This document shows, one piece after another, positions 60,027-64,000 of a stretch of DNA of 64,000 nt. The notes beneath the pieces were generated by a model. The model was not told the origin of the DNA and made no database searches. It saw nothing but the letters and a program-made list of their open reading frames with translations. The stretch is from Longimicrobiales bacterium. Its GTDB lineage: Bacteria > Gemmatimonadota > Gemmatimonadetes > Longimicrobiales > Gaopeijiaceae. Each line of letters opens with the position of its first letter. The stretch's first letter is position 1. The DNA lies in NCBI GenBank assembly GCA_963664435.2, contig CAXXKM010000003.1, forward strand, positions 512,001-576,000, in the 5' to 3' direction. The position numbers and the translations under genes were made by a program.

Positions 60027-61004
60027 ATGCAGCAGTCGATCGATCCGAACGTACCCACGCAGATCCCTGACGATCAGCTCCAGGACTTCAAGAGCTTCCT
60101 GGACGTGGTGCTCGACACCGTGGTCGGCGGCGCGGCGCCCGACGTGCACACGCTCGGGCTCCAGCTCTGGGGCGGGCTCGCCGCCGTCATGGTCGCCTGG
60201 ACGGGCCTCAAGATCGCCTTCAGCGGCACGTTCCAGCCCTGGGAGATCGTCAAGCTCGTGATCGGGATCGCCATCCCCCGCACGCTGCTCCACTACTACA
60301 TCGTGCCGATCCCGGGCGTCGGGCTCACGTTCCCGGCCACCATCGCGGCTGGAGGCGCCTGGCTCCAGAACCTGTTCCTGTCCGACGTGGTGTCGGCAGG
60401 CTACACGGAGATGGCGGCGCTCGTGCAGGCGTACTCCGCGCACCTGAGCGCCGCCTGGTCGGGCGGGAACCTGCTCTCGATCGTCACTGCGGGCGTGACC
60501 GTGATCTTCTCCTCGCTGGTCTCGCTCTGCATGGGCGCGTCGCTCGTGGTCTGCCTGCTCGCGCTGTTCTGCATCACCTACGCGCAGGTGATCTGGGCGC
60601 AGGTCGCGATCGCCATCGCGATCCTGCTCGGCCCCGTGTTCATCGCGTTCCTGCTCTTCGAGCCGCTCTCGTTCCTGTTCTGGGGATGGTTCAGGACGCT
60701 GATGGTCTACACGCTCTACGGCGTCGTGGCCGGCGCCGTGCTCCGCGTCTTCATGGGCGTCGGGCTCGGCTACATCACGACCTACGCCGACGCCCTCATG
60801 GGCACCGGCACCGCCGACGCGGGCGAGCTCTGGCTCTGGGCCGTCGTCCTCATGCCGCTCGTCGTCTCGGGCCTCTGGGCCGGGCTCAAGGTCGGCGAAC
60901 TCGCCTCGATGCTGGTCTCCGGCTCCGGCTCCGCCGGGTCCGGGTTCGTCGCGCTCGTCATGCAGGGCGCCAGCAAGGCCGCCGTCCCCGCGAAGCCCGT
61001 CTAA
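60027..61004 (+). CDS. VirB6/TrbL
   Basis: Polytopic membrane protein, LLGPVFIAF..F.GW. Confidence 0.85.
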   Translation: MQQSIDPNVPTQIPDDQLQDFKSFLDVVLDTVVGGAAPDVHTLGLQLWGGLAAVMVAWTGLKIAFSGTFQPWEIVKLVIGIAIPRTLLHYYIVPIPGVGLTFPATIAAGGAWLQNLFLSDVVSAGYTEMAALVQAYSAHLSAAWSGGNLLSIVTAGVTVIFSSLVSLCMGASLVVCLLALFCITYAQVIWAQVAIAIAILLGPVFIAFLLFEPLSFLFWGWFRTLMVYTLYGVVAGAVLRVFMGVGLGYITTYADALMGTGTADAGELWLWAVVLMPLVVSGLWAGLKVGELASMLVSGSGSAGSGFVALVMQGASKAAVPAKPV

Positions 61005-61024
61005 GACATGAGGAGATCCTGGTA

Positions 61025-61693
61025 ATGAAACGAGACAGGAACGCCGGCCGCGAGTACGCCGAGATATGGGGCGAGGTGGTGCAGGCGAACCGGAAGCTGC
61101 GGACGATCCTGATCTTCCTCTCCGCGAGCTGCGTCCTCGGCGTGTTCGTCCTGCTGCGCATCGCGGGCACCGAGCCGCCCAAGCCCATCGTGGTGCGGGT
61201 CGACGAGGTCGGGCGCGCCGAGGCGCTCGCCTACGAGGCCGCCACCGCCCAGGCCGATCCGCTCGATCCCACGACCAAGTACTTCCTGAACCGGTTCGTC
61301 AACGACTTCCACTCGCGCCGCCGCGTGACCGTCCAGGAGTACTGGACCCGGAGCCTCCGGTTCCTGTCGACCGAACTCGCGAACGCCGCGTTCGCCAGCG
61401 ACGGTGACGAGGTCGCGAGCGTGGCGGCCGGCACGGCCGAGACCGAACGCCAGGTCGAGCGGGTCGTGCTCCGCATCCATCCCTCGCCCGAGCCGCTGCA
61501 CGGCGCCACGGCCGACTTCGAGGTCGTGCATCTCGCGGCCGGACAGGAGGTCCTGCGCGAGCGCTGGTCCGTCGCGCTCCGGTTCGAGTTCCTCGACTCG
61601 ATCCCGCCCGAGCTGGTCGTCCACAACCCCATGGGCATCCTCATCACCTACCTCCAGGCCGACCGGGCGCTGGTGACGGGGGAGGAGCGATGA
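61025..61693 (+). CDS. VirB8/TrbF
   Basis: TM then PIVVRVDEVG; C-terminal NPMGI. Confidence 0.85.
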   Translation: MKRDRNAGREYAEIWGEVVQANRKLRTILIFLSASCVLGVFVLLRIAGTEPPKPIVVRVDEVGRAEALAYEAATAQADPLDPTTKYFLNRFVNDFHSRRRVTVQEYWTRSLRFLSTELANAAFASDGDEVASVAAGTAETERQVERVVLRIHPSPEPLHGATADFEVVHLAAGQEVLRERWSVALRFEFLDSIPPELVVHNPMGILITYLQADRALVTGEER

Positions 61694-62622
61694 TCGCGCA
61701 CCTCAAAGGGCGCGAGCAGGCGCTTGAACCGTTCGGCTGGAAGGGACGCGAGGCCGAGTGGATCGCGCTGGTGTGCCTGCACAGCGGCGTGTGCACGCGC
61801 GCCCAGTGGACGCGGTTCATGAACGCGCACCCGGAACAGGTCCGGCGCGGCGTCCACGCGCTGATCGCGGCGCGCGTCGCGAGCGAGGAGACCGAGCCCC
61901 GCATCGCCGGCATGGGCCGGGTCTGCCGGATCTTCTCACGGCCCGTCTACCGGGCGCTCGGCGCGGAGCACATCCGCCACCGCCGCGGCGCATCGACCGA
62001 GGTGCTCCTGCGGCGCCTGCTTTCGCTCGACTACGTGATCGAGCATGCCGACCTGCCTTGGCTGCCGACCGAAACCGAGAAGGTCGCCGCGTTCGAGGCG
62101 CTCGGCATCGAGCGCTCGCTGCTGCCCGTGCGCGTGTACCGGGGAGCCGCCGGGAACACCCGGCGCCACTTCCCCGTCAAGCTGCCCGTCGCGCTCGACT
62201 CGGCGCGCGCCCTGTTCGTCTACGCCGACCCCGGCCACGACACCTCGACGGCGCTCCGCTCGTGGGGCAAGGCGCACCGCGGACTCTGGCGCGCGCTACG
62301 GAGACTTGGCCGGTCGGTCGAGGTCGTCGCTGTCGCCCGCACCGGGCGCGAACTGCAGCGTGCGCGGCGGGTGACGCGCGGATGGGCCGGGTCCACCGGA
62401 CGCGCCGGAACCGAACCCGGGACGGCCGAGGAACTTGCCCGCATCGAGCGGGCGATCCTTCAGGGCGCGGTCCACGTCCTCGAGGAGTTCGGCGGCCTCC
62501 AGGCCGCGCTGAAGCGCAGCGTCGCGCTCGAAAGACAAGCGCGCCGGCGGGGCGGGCGCGGATCGATCGACCGCGGCGTCGCCTGGCGGACCGAGCGCCT
62601 CGCGAGGGTCCGCTACCGATGA
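61690..62622 (+). CDS. ICE-associated hypothetical protein
   Basis: Translationally coupled 310-aa ORF; possible wHTH N-terminus. Confidence 0.65.
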   Translation: MIAHLKGREQALEPFGWKGREAEWIALVCLHSGVCTRAQWTRFMNAHPEQVRRGVHALIAARVASEETEPRIAGMGRVCRIFSRPVYRALGAEHIRHRRGASTEVLLRRLLSLDYVIEHADLPWLPTETEKVAAFEALGIERSLLPVRVYRGAAGNTRRHFPVKLPVALDSARALFVYADPGHDTSTALRSWGKAHRGLWRALRRLGRSVEVVAVARTGRELQRARRVTRGWAGSTGRAGTEPGTAEELARIERAILQGAVHVLEEFGGLQAALKRSVALERQARRRGGRGSIDRGVAWRTERLARVRYR

Positions 62623-62920
62623 GCGGCCAGCGTGCTGTGCCGCACCGCGGCGTGAAAACGACGCGAGGGGTCGTTTCACGATTCGGCCCTCCGGCGATTC
62701 ACGCCGGGCCTTCCGTCCATCCGCTTGCGCGGTGGCGTCTTGCGGCCTCGCGGCCCGCCCGCCCGTTGCCGGACGGGCCGCATCGGCCGTGGCGGGAGCG
62801 ACCCCCCTCGCCGAAGGCTCGGTGCGGCGTAGCGGCGAGTGTGTTTTCACACAACTCGCCCCCACGCCCTCCAGGGGTCGCTCCCGCAGCATCGATCCCT
62901 CCGGGAAGGGTGTTGCACGC

Positions 62921-64000
62921 ATGAGGCCGTGGACGCTCGTCCTCATCGGATTGGCCCTGACGGCGCTCGCCTGGCGCACGTTCGTCGCGCCGTTCCCCGG
63001 TCCGGGCGGCAACCCGTACCTCGACCTGATCGCCCATCACGATCCGGGCCTGCACCGCGCGATCCACCTCTGGTACTTTCTCGCGCCGGGCGTCGCGGTG
63101 CTCCTGGCCGGCAGCATCATGGTCTCGGTCGCGAGGGTCTGGATCCAGCCGCTCACTCGCCGCCGGAACCGCGGCAGGCTTCCGGCCTGGCCCGTCTCGC
63201 CCAAGGACGACGCGCCGTCGCTCGTGGTCGGCGAACTGCACCACCCGACCGTGGCCGCCGAGAGTGACCGGCCCTCCTGGCTCGTCGTCCCCGAGAAGGG
63301 GCTCTACACCGGCCTGCTCGTCGTCGGGGCCGTCGGCACCGGCAAGACCACCGCCTGCATGTACCCGTTCGCTCGGCAGCTGCTCACTTGGCAAGCCGAC
63401 GATCCGGGCCGCCGCGCGGGCGCGCTCGTGCTCGAAGTCAAGGGCGACTTCTGCCACCAGGTGCGCCGCATCCTGGGCGACGCGGGCCGGGAGGACGACT
63501 ACCTGGAGATCGGGCTCGGCGGCTCGTGGCAGTGGAACCCGCTCGACGATCCGTTGCTCGACTCCTACTCGATGGCCTACGGCGTCGCGTCGCTCATCAA
63601 CCAGCTCTTCGGCAAGTCGCGAGAACCGTTCTGGCAGCAGGCATATACGAACCTGGTCCGGTGGATCGTCGAGCTTCACCGGCTCCTGCCGGGGGGATGG
63701 GTCACGCTCAGGGACGTGTACCGCTGCACGGTGGACGCGAAGCTGTTCGCCAGCAAGCTCGGGGAGGCGAAGGCGCAGGCCCTGCGGCTGTGTCCCATGC
63801 GGGCCGTGATCGCCGTCAAGGACCTCAACGCGCACCGGGAGGCCCTCGAGGACTGGGACTGGGACATGGCGCCCGGCGCCAGGACCGTGGCCTGTCGCCT
63901 CGATCCAGAACGCGCAACCCTGCTCGGGAAGCTGAAGGTCGAGTACGCCTCGCAGCCGGAAGGCGGGGGCGCGGGACGCGAGTACGCCGAACAGGTCGAG
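62921..64000 (+). CDS. VirD4/TraD-like coupling protein (partial)
   Basis: Manual translation: two N-terminal TMs, GAVGTGKT, LEVKGDF, WNPL, FWQQA. Confidence 0.85.
   Translation, partial: MRPWTLVLIGLALTALAWRTFVAPFPGPGGNPYLDLIAHHDPGLHRAIHLWYFLAPGVAVLLAGSIMVSVARVWIQPLTRRRNRGRLPAWPVSPKDDAPSLVVGELHHPTVAAESDRPSWLVVPEKGLYTGLLVVGAVGTGKTTACMYPFARQLLTWQADDPGRRAGALVLEVKGDFCHQVRRILGDAGREDDYLEIGLGGSWQWNPLDDPLLDSYSMAYGVASLINQLFGKSREPFWQQAYTNLVRWIVELHRLLPGGWVTLRDVYRCTVDAKLFASKLGEAKAQALRLCPMRAVIAVKDLNAHREALEDWDWDMAPGARTVACRLDPERATLLGKLKVEYASQPEGGGAGREYAEQVE

Larger units (their letters stand above)
41489..64000 (+). mobile_element. ICE transfer (T4SS) region; boundaries not resolved
   Basis: Coupled alpA-virB2-B3-B4-B9-B10-B5-B6-B8-orf-virD4-like genes. 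Confidence 0.85.

Overview
GC-rich bacterial chromosome segment, probably Gemmatimonadota (inferred from the tmRNA tag ANNHMAMAA and the protein families; no search was run). Bases 1-25.7 kb are core or metabolic: peptidases, NAD salvage, glnA, lspA, tmRNA, dusB, an amtB/ATP-grasp/alpha-E/transglutaminase/porin block and a complete form I aerobic CO dehydrogenase cluster. Bases 25.7-41 kb are a visibly lower-GC accessory and defence island with IS debris. It contains a Cre-like recombinase gene enclosed by two inverted 13-6-13 lox-like sites together with an outward-facing promoter, which looks like a self-inverting switch for the adjacent surface protein gene (itself split by an IS630). From 41.5 kb to the window end is the transfer region of an ICE. 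Its virB5/trbJ-like gene is split in frame by an ~11.8-kb integrative mobilizable element carrying a P4-like integrase, a ColE1-like mob module with oriT, McrBC, a type II RM system and a HEPN-like gene. All family calls come from motif recognition by eye.
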